A stretch of DNA of 64,000 nucleotides from Amoebophrya sp. A120 (taxonomy: Eukaryota; Protista; Dinoflagellata), in contig CAJINV010000002.1 of NCBI GenBank assembly GCA_905178155.1, forward strand, positions 1 to 64,000. The letters are read 5' to 3'. A program made the position numbers and the translations under genes. Shown here piece after piece: positions 23,801 through 35,899 of the stretch (position 1 is the first letter of the stretch; each line of letters opens with the position of its first letter). The notes beneath the pieces are model-generated. The model was not told where the DNA came from, did no database searches, and worked only from the letters and a program-made list of their open reading frames with translations.

Positions 23801-26800
23801 CCCCTCCAGGCGGGTGGCACCCCCTCCCTCCCCCCCTTTCCGCAATCGTCATCGGCATAAAAAAAAATCGCGCGCGCGCGCTGCGCGCGCGCACGGTATT
23901 ACCGATCCCGCCATAAGAAGACACCTCTTGAATTGTTTGCATGCGCGGCGGGCGTCCGGCTCTTGCCATTTTTTCCATTTATCGACAAGCGGCCCGTGGC
24001 CGGGCGTCGGCGCGTTTTCCCGCGACTACACGCTGCGCGACCACGGCTTTCTTTGGGGCTCGCCCTGCCTGTGGCCAACCAATGCGCGCAGCACAGACAT
24101 CGCCTAACGGCGTGGCGGGCACGCTTGTGCGTGGTTGCGTGTGTGAAGGGGGGAAGGCGCTGCAAACAGGCCGGCCCCGTTGCTTTCCATCCCTTCCTCC
24201 TGGGCAGGCGCAGGCGCCAGGCAAAGTCACGGGCTGCAGAGGAAAGCCCCCTGCCTGCGAAGGCCAGCTAGCTCGTGGCGCCGGAGCCCCACTCTGTTAC
24301 TTTAACTTTGCATGCATGCTCCGCATGAGGCGCCACGCAAACCAAATCACACCAAGCCACCCGCGGGCGCCCTCAGGCTGCCGACCCCGGGCAAGCTACC
24401 CGGTTTCAAATTGGTTTGAAAAGGCATTAATGTAAAAGCGGGAGGCGGGCCAAAGAAATGCGCCAAAATGCCGGCGCGAATGGCCAGGGGGAAGACGCGA
24501 CACATGGCCCAAACAGACCGGGGGCGAACGCAGGCGGTGGCTGCGGCCGCGCGAGGACAACCGGGGCCGACTGCCTGCGGGCCCATCGCGCCCAAGGCTT
24601 CTGCGCCCGATCATGAAACGGAAACAGGACCCGGCAACGAAATAGGGCAAACCAAGACCCCCAGGGGCCCTGTCAAAAATAGGCAAAACACTGGGGCGGC
24701 GCCAAAATAAAACAAACTGGGGGCCCAAGGGAAGCTCCACAAAGAAGCAAGGCAAGACAACACAGGGGCCACAAGGGCTGCGCCACAAAGACATACGCCA
24801 CAAAAACAAAGCCCAAAAACAAAAGCCCCGGGCCACCCCGGTTGTTGTTAGTTTAGCCCGCGCCCAAAACACTGCGAGTTTTCGCGCGTTCCGAGTTTGG
24901 GTCTCCGGCGTGATTATGTTAATTAATTTGTGGTTTAAATTTTGTTTAATTTCTGGTTTAGTTTTGCATTAAAATTTGAATTAATTTGTTGGGGGTGCGA
25001 AATCCCACACGATTCGCCTTGTTTTCAAATTAATGCGAATTTTATTGCAAATATTATTGCACAGATTATTGCAAAAATTGTTGCAGAGGTCAGGCCGCGG
25101 GATCTTGTGAAAAGATTCGCAAGGCCTGTCGCTCCCTCTGCAACAGACCTCGACCCCTGCTGGCCAAAGAGAGCCCCGCTACCAGCCCAAGACCGCCAGG
25201 CTTGGCCGGGCTCGGCTCCCCGGTACCGGCGGGCGACACCCTACCCCCTCAGGCCCGTTGGGGAAAGCAAAGGCAAAACCCAGCCTCTGGGCCGAGAAGC
25301 ACGACCACGAAAGCGCCACCCGAGACGCAACCCGACGAAACCCATCCCCGGCGGTAAGCCGGGGGGCTTCGGAATGGCACATGGCAGGACTGCACCCTCA
25401 CCACGGACACAAAACTCAAACGCGGCAAGCGCTGGCCTAGGGAACAAAAAAGCAGGGCCGCCGGTTTCCATTAATTTCCCCCCCGGGGGCGCCGCGCGGC
25501 GCCCTTCCGGAATTCCAAAAACCAAGCCCCTGGCCAATCAATACACAAAACCAATGGGACAAAACCCGGCGCAGCTTTTTTATTAATGCCTTTTTACGCT
25601 GATTTTATTGGCCCGAATTTGCCTGGGGCTGGCTGGCTGAGCGCCCCTAGATAATGCCGGCCACGGGGGCACACGGACGCACAACCCCGCTCCCTGACCT
25701 GCCTCAGCCACTACATGGCGGGGGCAGCGCCCGCCCGCGCGGCGCCACCTGCCCGCATGCAGCCAGCGTTTGACAGAAGAAACGGGCCCCACCCGCTACC
25801 TAATAGCTTTTGTCGCCGGCGATAGCGAAAGCGCGCGCCGCCTAGTCATGTGGGGCCGGCGAGGGAGGAGGGCACGCCGCCATGCCCCGACGCCTTCGCC
25901 GCGCGGTGGAGCCAAACCATGCACAGGATTCATTGATTTGACTGCGGGAGCGGAGGCTGCGAGCTTGGCCAATGGAGCGCTGCCGGGCGTTCGGTGCGGG
26001 AATGGGGCGCGCACACGGGCGGGGGAAGGGAAAGAACGCGCCGCGGGCGGAAGCCTGCGTGCGCCAGGCAGGCATGTGGCCAGGCGGCCCGCGCCTTTGT
26101 CTTTGGGCAGTTTGCAGGCCTCATTGGCCAGGGCTGTTCTTTCGGGGGCGGGCGCGCTTTTTTTTTTCGGCGCCGCCCTTCTCCACCCTTGCTTGGGTCG
26201 GCGTGGCGGCGCGGCACAAAAAAGGTCGTGGACCGGCGCCGCGCTGCCGGCTTGCAACGCTCGCACCCAGATGCGGCCGGCGCCGAGCCGGCAGGGGCCC
26301 TGCCCCAGTCCCCGCTCGGGCGCGAAAAAATAGCACCCCCCCCCACAACGTTGCCCCCGGTGGACTCCTTACTGGTTTTGGGTGGGCACGTCGAAGGCTG
26401 CGCGCGCAAGAGGTATTCTGGGGGGTCGTGTTTTGATTCCAGCATGCTTCATAAGCTGCGGGGGGTGGGGGCCTGTGTTCAGGGGCCGGCCCATCTTAAG
26501 GGCGGGAAAAAGGGCGAAGAATGCGCGCCGGGCCCGGGCAAGCGCGGCGTGGGCGTGGCTCTCGTTCTTGGCATGCAGTTGCCGGCCGCCGCGGCAGCGG
26601 GGCGGGCCCGGTCGCTTGCAGTCTTGCGCGCGCTTGCGGCGTCTAGGTTCTTAGGCTTTTTGGCCGTATCTGGTCGCGGCGGGCGCATGTGCATGCGCGC
26701 TGTCCGGCCTTGGCGCTGCCTTGCAATTCACGCATGAAACTTGCGCGCGCGAAGCGCGCGCCGCCAAAAAAAATGTACTCGCACCGATACATAGGCCGCG

Positions 26801-29800
26801 TGCGCGGTGCTATGCCCTTCGTTTGCGCGCGCCCCCCCCGCCCCCCGGCCGTCTGACTGGAATGCGAGCGTGCCGGCCCCGGCCGCTTGGCTTTCGGGTC
26901 TCCTGGCCGGAAGGTGGGTGGGGGCCCCCCCCCCCTTTCCGCGGGCGGAAAGGGCGGGGTCAGGTTGTTGCACAGCATCTTGTTCATGTTGACCAACGGC
27001 GAGATAATTAGCATGACAACTTTATTTGTATTTTCCACCTCGCAGTTTAGCTACATGCAAGGAGACGGGTCGATGAAGACGTCCTACATCTGTTCCTCGA
27101 GCAGGGGCGAGCTTTGGTCTCTGCATGGCAAGAAGGGCAGCTTCTTCCAGATGTGCTCCTACACGGCTGCGACGTCTATTTTGCCCTGGATAGGTGTATG
27201 TACGGAGCATGTCCTGGCCCGACAATTTCTTTCCCGACTTGGTTTCGAATTCGAGTTCGGATATCAAGTGAAAAAATACACGCAGTCACGCCATAGTGGA
27301 GTTTCATTTATCTGTCTATTTCAAAAATAAAGCTGAAGTTTTCAACAGTTGAGGCTGTGCTGCTGTATAGAAGTTTATACCGGGTGATCACCGACAACTA
27401 GTACCTGTACCTACCGCGAGTTCCATCTGGCAAAGTGGTGGCAATGTGCAAGTGGTGGCACACTTGCAGGGAATTGGAGATAATAATCGCTGGCTGTACC
27501 GCATTTGTCGCTGCGTGCAGCTCTTTTTTCGCATCACACAATAACAAGGAGTTTGCATCTATTCCAAGCCGGCGCAATGAGCTAGAAGATGGACTCTATG
27601 TCACTGGTGCAGAGTAGTTTTTCACTTGATATCATTCACCTCGCGAGCCGCCGCAGCTTTCTTCGAGGAAGGCCGAGCGACACTCTTCGGAAGCGGAGCG
27701 GCGGGGCCTCGGACTGGCGTGGTTTTGGAGCGCCGTGGCCTCTGCGCTTCCGGAGCGGGGATGCGTCTGTCTCCGCTTTCATCTTCTTCTGAGAGGGAAG
27801 GAAGGAGCGTTTCTTTTTTCTTCTTCTGCGGGACTGCTACTTTCGCTACTTGTGCTGCGCCATCAAGGAGCGTTTCCGGTTTCTCTTTCTTCTTCTGCGG
27901 GACTGCTACTTTCGCTACTTGTGCTGCACCATCCATCGGAGCTCCTCGGCTCGGCAGCCCGCGCACTGGTGCTGGCGGTGGATGCGGTCGTGGTGCCGCT
28001 GCGCTATTATTAGCAGATGGACCGCGTGGTGCTGGTGGTGGTAGTCGTGATGGTGGTGGTGCAGTGCCATCATTACCACCGCTTGCGTTGTTAGGTCGAG
28101 CACCGAGAAATGCAAGCATCGCCGCGCTGGTAAAGTTGATTTCGTATCCGGAAGAAAAATCCTCTCCACAACATCTTCGAGTGAAAATAGCATTCTGACT
28201 GTGGTCCTCATGCAGCAATACAAATTATTGTTCTTCATCAACATGTCTCCCTGACAACTGAAGCCAGATTTTTCTTCCGGATAGGTCATCGCCGTCGAGG
28301 AACAGGTAGCAGCTGGGTTATCCTGAGGAAAATAAACGTTCCCAACCCCGAGTCAAGATGGGGGCTTTGCTACACAAATTTAACAAGAGTTGAATGTTGC
28401 GCATTACAAATTTGGGCTCGTAGGTTTTTAGTCGTGTTTACTAGCTAGAGCGGCTGCATCACAAATCGAATAGCTAATCCTGATTTCAGCATCACAAACT
28501 CCCAGACAGCATTGTAAAATCCAGTTCCGGTTTGCAAATTTGCATCCTAAGAACTCTGGGGAGGTGGGGACGTTTTTGCAGAGGATAATGGCCCCGGTTT
28601 TCTTATCATCAGGGAAAATTCTAGCCCCTCCGCTTACAATGTAACCGATGTTTGCGAGGATTTGTACATCCGCATGACGCGACAGGTGGAAATTTGCTTG
28701 GTACTTATTTGCATGAAGGCAGAGCACGCAACTTTTTTCCTTAAGAACCAACCTTCGCGGGGGGGGGAGATTTCTCATCGTGATAGCCACGTCTGAAAAT
28801 AAAAGTGGTTTATGAAAAGAAGAGGTGCCCCCGTCAGAGTAATTTCTTATTGGAACTAGAAGCGCATGAATTTCATGCATGGGCCATCGCATACTACCAC
28901 TCAGTGCCGCACGCGTGTGCGACGTGGAGTGGGAGCTTCCAAGGCTGTCGCGATGTTCATCCCGATGGCTTCAGCGGCGCGACAGCTGCGCAAAAACGTG
29001 CCGGCTTGCTGTTTCCCTAGAAACTCTGAGTTGGTAGCTATTCACTATCATATTCTCTGCTGTGCTTGATTGTGAAGCCGCCGCCGAATCGCGACCCCGT
29101 GACGCGAATAGCGTCGCCCTCGCGTGGGTCTATGGAAGCGCCAAACCTCAAGTCGACAAAGTTGAAATGATTTGCCACACGCAAAACGGATACAACCACG
29201 AGGAAGACCAATGTCTGAGCGGAGCGTGACAAATCTTCGGAGCAACGGAATTCAATTAGTCATGCTGTTTGGGCGCAGAAAACTGCTTGCGTCGTGCTCT
29301 TAAATAGGCTCGGCAGCCTGTCCTCTATCCCAAGCCCTAAAAAAATAGGCCCACAATCTGCCTCACTTGCCATCCCGGCAAGACAGGCACGCCAGGCCTG
29401 GCATTTTATGCATGGCAAACCATTTCAACGCTGACGACTTCAGTCCTGGCAGATCCCTAGGGCCGTAGTCGTAGCCGAATCCCTGCGCGTGGTCCGGGTC
29501 TTTAGCGTGGAGACCGCGCCGGACTTCGCCAGTAACCGCCTGGCCCAGCTTTTTCGCGACGGCCTCGGAATCGCGCCCGACCACCACGTAGGTCACGTGG
29601 TGGCCGGCACGGGTCACGGCTTCCAGGGCATCCTGGTGGATGCCCATGCGCGCAAAGGCCGCCGCCTGCCCTCGGCCTTTCGGGACGAGGGCGACGTCGG
29701 TCGAGGACCTGGACACGAGGGAGAAGCCCGGCTGTTCGCAGCGGATGACGACCCTCCTCTCCGGAGGCGGCGGAATCTGCTCGCCGCGCATCCGCGCGAA

Positions 29801-32800
29801 AGTGTCGCGAAGTCGCTGCTCAGCCTCGCGGCTGCGGGGCGCTCCTTCTCCGCCCGACTCCTTGCTATGCGTTTCGACGTTGGCCGTGGTCGACTGCAGG
29901 GACGGGAGTTTTTGCTGACGCGGATACTCGCTGCCGCCGTCGTCCGCGGGCGGCTCTATCAATTGCAAAACTCTCGTCGCACACGCGCAAAGACGACAAC
30001 TTTTGCTGACAAGGCCACTTCTGTTTTTGTTCTGCGGTACAAACAAGATGTAGTGGTAGGCCGAACTACAACTACTTGTTCGCGCAACAGAACCATCGCA
30101 CCTTGCCAGTGCCAGTGATGCGCTTTGGACGTGCGCGACAATATTTGCAATGCGTATATTTTTCTGCAGCGACGAGGGGTCGGCCCGTGGTAGCACTCAC
30201 CTCCTCCATCGTTCTGGTGCCCTATCCTGTGCAAAAATGTCCCCACCCCAAAGTTGTCATGCGAGAAATCATCTGCATTTGCATACAATAACAATGTTGC
30301 TCATGCACAACCCCACGAGTAGCATTTTTCCATGCAGTCTCGGACGAAAAATCTGTCATGCTCTAATCAGGGTTAGATGATCGATTTATGAAGATGACGC
30401 TAAGCTAGCTCACACTGACTATGCTTCATGCTCGAGTTTGTCAGGCGTCAGTTCCAAAAGAACCAAAGCTGGTGGATTTATTTGCCGTGCAAACTCTCCT
30501 ATTTTGACTATGGGATGGGGACGTGGTGTAGTTTGCACGGAATATACTTTCTACCGGTGCGATTCCGGCAGTTGCGTCTTCTACCTGTTCTTTATTCTGC
30601 CCGAGAATCGCAGTCGCCGTCACGGTATCCAGTGCAAATGTGTCTGGGTCTGGAACAAAAGTACAAGGTTTGTCATGCATATAAGGGAGACGCAGATGTT
30701 GATCTGGAACGCAGCCAGAAGCACCACTGATTGCGCAAGAGCTTGTTTATGCCTGTTCCGCATGAGAAGATCGCCCGTTGATGCGTGGCAGAATCTGGGT
30801 AGCATTTGCCATTCCTGCAACACAGACTCTAGCACCATCCAGATTTAGCATGGCAGGTTGCAGCGTTCCGCACTCAGCCACATTTGCAATGCATACGCTG
30901 AGGTCTGCTCCACCTGCTGCAGCTGTACGAGATTGCGGCTGGTAGAAGAAGACGGAGCTGCTGTCGCTGGTGCCTGCATTGCGTTCACCTGGTGCATCAC
31001 ACCCGCAGACCCCGCGGAGGTCTGCTCCACCTGCTGCAGCTGTGCGAGATTGTGGTTGGTAGAAGAAGACGGAGTTGCTGTCGCTGGTGCCTGCATTGCG
31101 GTCACCTGGATCACACCCGTAGACCCCGCGGAAGTCTGCTCCACCTGCTGCAGCTGTGCGAGATTGCGGTTGGTAGAAGATGGAGTTGCTGGCGCTGGTG
31201 CCATATCCTGTGCAAAAGTATCGTACTCGTATAAATGCAAGTCTTGATGCATCTTGTTCTCAAGGCAAATCTGCATTATAATTCTATTTCTCATGCTGAG
31301 GAAATTCGTAATGCACTTATACGAGTACGATACTTTTGCAGTTCATATACCACCCGCATTGCGTCCACCTGGATTGCGTCGTCCGCACACCTGTTTAGGG
31401 GTCTTTGTTGCTGCTTGTCATGCGTATCGCCCATTTATGAGGGAAAAAAAAGCACAAAGAGGCACGCAGCGCCTAGGAGGGGGCTGGGCCTGCGGCCTAC
31501 TAAAGTTAAAGTACTTACGTGCAACAACATCATCAACTTCTTCCTCATCCACCACCAGTGGACAATTTGAATTTCTCGTACAGTCGATAATACGGCGAAA
31601 ATGTTGAGAAAAAATTCATCAGTACCTCGTCGTGCGAGCCGCCGCCAGGCGAGCCGCTGCCTCGGCCCGCTCCTCCTCCGTTTCCTCCCTTATTCTGAGC
31701 AAAAACGCCCCCACCCCATAATCAGGTTGGTAAGTCCGCAGTACAAGTCCCTAAGTATTGGGAGCTGTGCATGAGAAGTTTCCAGCACCCTCTGCAGTGT
31801 AGTGCTGGGTAGCAAGGGCAGCCGCATCACCAAAATATTCCCTGCTTATGCTGCATGACAAATCGAAATCCCAGAACGCGACTATAAATTGCTCTCATCA
31901 TTCAGCGAATGCGCATTACAGATATTTCGATGAATCCAAATCTGCATGAAAACTATGAGGTGGGATCGTTTTTACGCAAGATATCCTTAACGTGCCGGGA
32001 CACTACGTATCGGGGCGCCTCACCGTCTCCAGCGTCGGAACGTATCCATTGCAAACGTGTCTGGGTCTGGAAAAACCGTACTTCTGATGCTTGCTTGCCA
32101 TTCGCGCAAGAGCGGCATTGCATGACAGACTAGGAAAATTCACGACGCCTCCCTCGTCATTCAGAGGACATGCAACTTGTAATGCGTACCACGTGCGACG
32201 AAGCGCGACGGAAATTTGTCATGCTTGACAGACCACTGACCCAGCGATCTGCGTCACAACTTTCCAGACCCCGACATCTTTGCAGTGGATATGGTAGATC
32301 AGTTGGTCCGTGTAGCGCTGGCAGTAGAATTGGAGCTGCTTCTCGGCCAGCGGCTCGACCCCGTCGCGGGCCGCGGCGCGGTCCAGTGCCTCGAAAAATG
32401 TCCGGGGGGTGGGCTTCGCCTCCACCCCGAACCCCAGCCCGTGCAGTGTGGGGGCCTCCGAGTTTAGCGCGTCCAATCCGAGCCCCGCCGCTAAGCTCTC
32501 CGAGACGAAAACCCGCAGCAGCTCGAGGTTGTGGCCACTGTCCTCCAATATCACGGAAAAGCTATGCGGGTCGCCTAGTTCTCGCTTGCTGCCTGGATTT
32601 AGCCGCCTCACGCAGCCTTTCTCGTCGTCGAATAAGTCCATGGCCGCCAATCGGAGGTTGGTATCCAGTTTATAAAAAAATACGAAAAAAATGTCGCTTG
32701 ATATCGCTTATCACAAAATAAAAATGTCGTCATTATCACAAAATGTCGTCGTTTTTTATGTCGCTTATCACACAAGAACATATATAGAGTCATTTTTTCT

Positions 32801-33800
32801 TCAGCACGGACTGATCATTAGAATCGGAAATATCGTCTTAACGTCGTGGAGTTACGGTCCCATGACGACGAGAGTCTATGCGCGAACAGAAAATAAAAAT
32901 ACGACACCTGTTTGCACGGCTTAGGGAATGCCTCCGCGCAGTGGCCGCAGATGGTGCTGACAAGTACCTCTCTACCACGGGTAACAACGCCGTGGTTGGT
33001 AACGAGAGCATTTATACTGCATATTCATAAAACTTGCACATCGCCTGTGCCGCCACCATTCCAAACCTCCATCTGACCATCCGGCCTTCCACACAGCCGA
33101 TAGTACCTTTCCATCCTGTACTCCTCTTTTTTTCGCGCGCGGAGTCCTCCTTTTTTCGCGCGCCCAAAAACCACCAATAGCCTAGAGCCGCCAGCCACGC
33201 GCCCACCTCAGTGCCTAGAGCTGGGCCATAGAAGCGGCGGCCACTAGCTCTTGGTCCTCACGCTTTCGCCCGTGCAATTCAAAATGATGGCCACTGGTAG
33301 TAGCCAGCACCCCTCGCCATCACCTCTGGCCATCACTTTGCCCGCGCGAAAAAGTCACGGCAAAAAGTGACGACCAGAAGCTATTGGCCATCCATCGCGC
33401 CTCAGGCCGGGCAAGGTGGTCGGAGGTGGTCGCCCGCCCCAGGCCGGGCAAGGTGGTCGTCCTTTGCCATCACTTTTTGGTCGGCCAAAAGCGATGGCCA
33501 AAAGTAGTCCCCTGGCCATCACGTTTGGCCATCACTTTCTGGTCGGCCAAAAGTGATGGCCAAGAGCCCCTTGGCCATCACATTTGGCCATCGCTTTCTG
33601 GTCGGCCAAAAGTGATGGCCACAAGAAGCCCCTTGGCCATCACTTTCTGGTCGGCCAAAAGTGATGGACAGGACGTCCTTCTTGGCCATCACAAGTGATG
33701 ACCCCTGATTTTGTCGCACGCGGTCCGGCGAAACCTCCATCTGACCATCCGGCCTTCCACACAGCCGATAGTACCTTTCCATCCTGTCCATACAGATCTC
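20897..33800 (-). CDS. Large multi-exon hypothetical protein with an acidic C-terminus (5' end further upstream, unresolved)
   Basis: Frame-consistent joins include ...AQAMCKFYELRLAAMDLFDDEKG..., ...GFGYDYGPREGDAIRV..., ...SCYLFLDGDDLNFTSAAML..., ...AAREVNELEFETKSGKK..., ...WRELVDKARVAGG...FRRRVLQTHR...APAPRF*RSIK*FEHH*KETSIPEVDDVAADSQEEGYYE...DEREEAELGYE. Not every intervening junction was resolved. Ends at TAA 20966 or TGA 20897. Confidence 0.55.
21089..21411. mobile_element. Introner, family B
   Basis: TIRs; TSD TGCTC/CGCTC; removal restores the frame. Confidence 0.8.
22210..22528. mobile_element. Introner, family C
   Basis: tatggaagcgccaggtttgaaatcgacaaag ... ctttgtcgatttcaatcctggcattcccata; TSD ACCTT/ACCCT. 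Confidence 0.9.
23126..23465. mobile_element. Introner, family B-like, 6-bp TSD
   Basis: tatcctgtggaa ... ttccacaggata flanked by CTGAGG on both sides. Confidence 0.8.
23546..23709. mobile_element. Introner, family D-like
   Basis: TAT...ATA ends; perfect TSD CTGCG. Confidence 0.8.
23749..26979. mobile_element. Non-autonomous TIR element, 3.2 kb, inside a GT-AG intron (23718-27038)
   Basis: ~45-bp TIR GATG(T/C)TGTGCAACAACCTGACCCC(GCCC)TTTCCGCCCGCGGAAAGGGGGG; possible 3-bp TSD TTG. GC-rich, no credible ORF. Confidence 0.8.
27262..27631. mobile_element. Introner (TIR TATCAAGTGAAAAA)
   Basis: 14-bp perfect TIR; removal plus 5 nt joins AAREVN to ELEFETK. Confidence 0.8.
30896..31203 (-). repeat. 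Coding minisatellite, ~120-bp unit x2.5, within an exon
   Basis: Repeats of APATA.PSSSTNxNLAQLQQVEQTSAGS.GV. Confidence 0.85.
31204..31347. mobile_element. Introner, family D
   Basis: Long TIR; TSD TGCCA/TACCA. Confidence 0.9.
33063..33787. repeat. 57-bp perfect direct repeat (33063-33119 and 33731-33787) flanking a 611-bp hairpin-rich insert
   Basis: Identical AAACCTCCATCTGACC...TTTCCATCCTGT copies. The insert holds tandem TGGCCATCACTTT.TGGTCGGCCAAAAGTGATGGCCA palindromes. Confidence 0.9.
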
Positions 33801-35899
33801 TGTTTTTTTCTATCTTTCGTGTAGCAGCCGAGATCGCCCACTTGCGAGTGCTCCGTAATGAGATCTTAAGCGTCAGATGCTTTCTGCTCTCACCACAATA
33901 GCTTGGAGATCTTTGCCGAAAGAAAAATCGGCGAAACCACAGCAGAAGTGTGATGTAATATCGGGTGGAAATTATTGGCAGAAAGAACCGCTGTTCTGTG
34001 ACACAAGAAACACTCTAGCCTTAGTCCAGAAGAAAAAACCTTTTGTGTGGGTTGATAGACCGGTCTTTAGCCCTTGCCAAAAACGGTCGGAACAGGATGA
34101 CTTTCTTTTCCAAGCGCACGAAGCACAAGGCAAACACTTATTCTCGAATCGGCGCAATAGTACGGTAGCCTATTTTATTCTTGTCCTCGTCGTTCGAGCG
34201 CACAACTTTCAGTTGCAATGTGCTGAAGTGTGCTGAAGCTGCGTCACGTCGTAGTAGCTACTAAGTCACAGCAGCCTATGTTTTCCAAACTGGAGTCTCT
34301 TCTTTTTTCGATGTGTTGCTCCGGATCTTGTATAACAAGAGTCGCTTCATTATGGAAACGCCAGCATCGCAATCGATATCAAAGTTGTAATGCATAAAAT
34401 CCATACCAATGAATTGCAAACTCAAAAATCTCTGAACGGCGCATGACAAATTCCCCTGACGTGCCTTAATTCAAGAATTTGTCATGCTGTTTATGCAAAG
34501 AAGGCGTCTTTTGTCATGCTATTTTGGCAGCTCTGTCTCAGTCGCTCTCCTTTGCCTGCTCTGCAAGACAGGCAATCTGCAAGCTGCATTTTATGCTTCG
34601 CAAATTTTATTTTGAACCTTGTCGATATTGCAGCTCCTGACGCTTCCATATTCGTTGACGGTAGTACAATTTACCTTGGTGAACGATCATTCTTGCTTGT
34701 TGCACGCACCAGCGCATTGACTTCATCACCTCGCAACGCCAGAAGCCTCAGTGGGCACGACCCCAATAACATCTCCTTCGTCAACCCAGCTCGGAGGGAG
34801 TTCGCGATCGGCATCAGCTTTCTTCAGCACTTCCAATCGGCGTCTCACAACAACCCACGACGCTACGATGATCATGATTTTCTCATTGTCGTCAAAAAGG
34901 TGAACGAAATATTCGGGATAATAGATAACACACCATGATAAAGATCATGAAGTGAAAAAGAAAAAATTTGCAGTATAGAAGTTCAGCTCGTCGGTGGGAA
35001 TTCTACTTACGGAGAGCCTATACGTCAGTAAACACAGCGGCTTAGAGTAGAGCTCCCGCTCTTCATCAAGGCCTACCACCAGGGGCTGGCAGCGTGTTTT
35101 CCGAACTTCAGTACCACCTTACTACTTGCATTTTAGTACGCTTTGTTCGCATAACAGAAAATATTATTTAATGATTGTTTTTGACAATGACAATAAATCG
35201 GTCCAAGGAGCGAATGCGAAAGACACGACGACGACAGTCGCTGCGCCGACGCTTGGTTGGAGGGCTCACAGCTGCAACAGTGTTTCCAACAACGACACGA
35301 AACGGGTTCCCTGAGGAGGTAGGCGAGCCTCAAATATTTAATCACTGGCTGAGTAGAACCGATGCTTTTCGTCCAGCGCATGAATAACCGAGTAGTAGAA
35401 AAGCATGGAAGACCACCGAAACAAGCCACGCTTGGATCATAGGTCGTTGCGATAAAATTATTATACAGGTCATTTTTACTGAGCAGCGGATCCAGATTTG
35501 TTTCACAGAGAATTATCCACCCTTCAGCACCTAGAATCGGCGAAAGTGAAAGACAAATGAGTCCTCACAGAAACTGGAGTAGCAGCAGTTTCGATGAGGG
35601 CACGAGCGCCGAAAACTGGCAAACACGTCTACTCAGCCAAAAAATAAAATAGACACCAGATTTTCTGTATCGTCGCAGCGGAGACGCGTGTCGCTTGAGG
35701 TTATTCTCTTTCTGTACACACAAATCTGAAAATCAGGAAGGTTTCTTTCGTTGCGTTTGTCGAAAAGGCAAAGTACATGTCTCTGCTCACCATTGCGAGC
35801 TGTGAGTGTTTTCTGCAACGCCGGCCGTGCTCAAGGTTGCGTCTCTTTTGGCGCTAAAACTCTACACATTTCGTCTCTCGAAAGAGTATCTAGAAAAAC

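Noticed and set aside
23800-26950. Many 100-250-aa Arg/Ala/Gly/Pro-rich ORFs (also 1900-4450, 18600-19500, 51600-54300)
   Set aside because: Composition is that expected from non-coding GC-rich DNA; no motifs.
27039-27192. Alternative frame with three TAGs (VAAV*EHIWKKLPF...) as evidence for code change
   Set aside because: Neighbouring junctions favour the stop-free frame, and the segment may itself be intronic.
33240-33700. CRISPR-like look of the palindromic arrays (also 19830-20210 and 2580-3135)
   Set aside because: No unique constant-length spacers, no cas genes, eukaryotic context.
33063-33787. 57-bp repeats as LTRs of a TRIM-type element
   Set aside because: The repeat is host coding sequence; no TG...CA ends, PBS/PPT or outer TSD.
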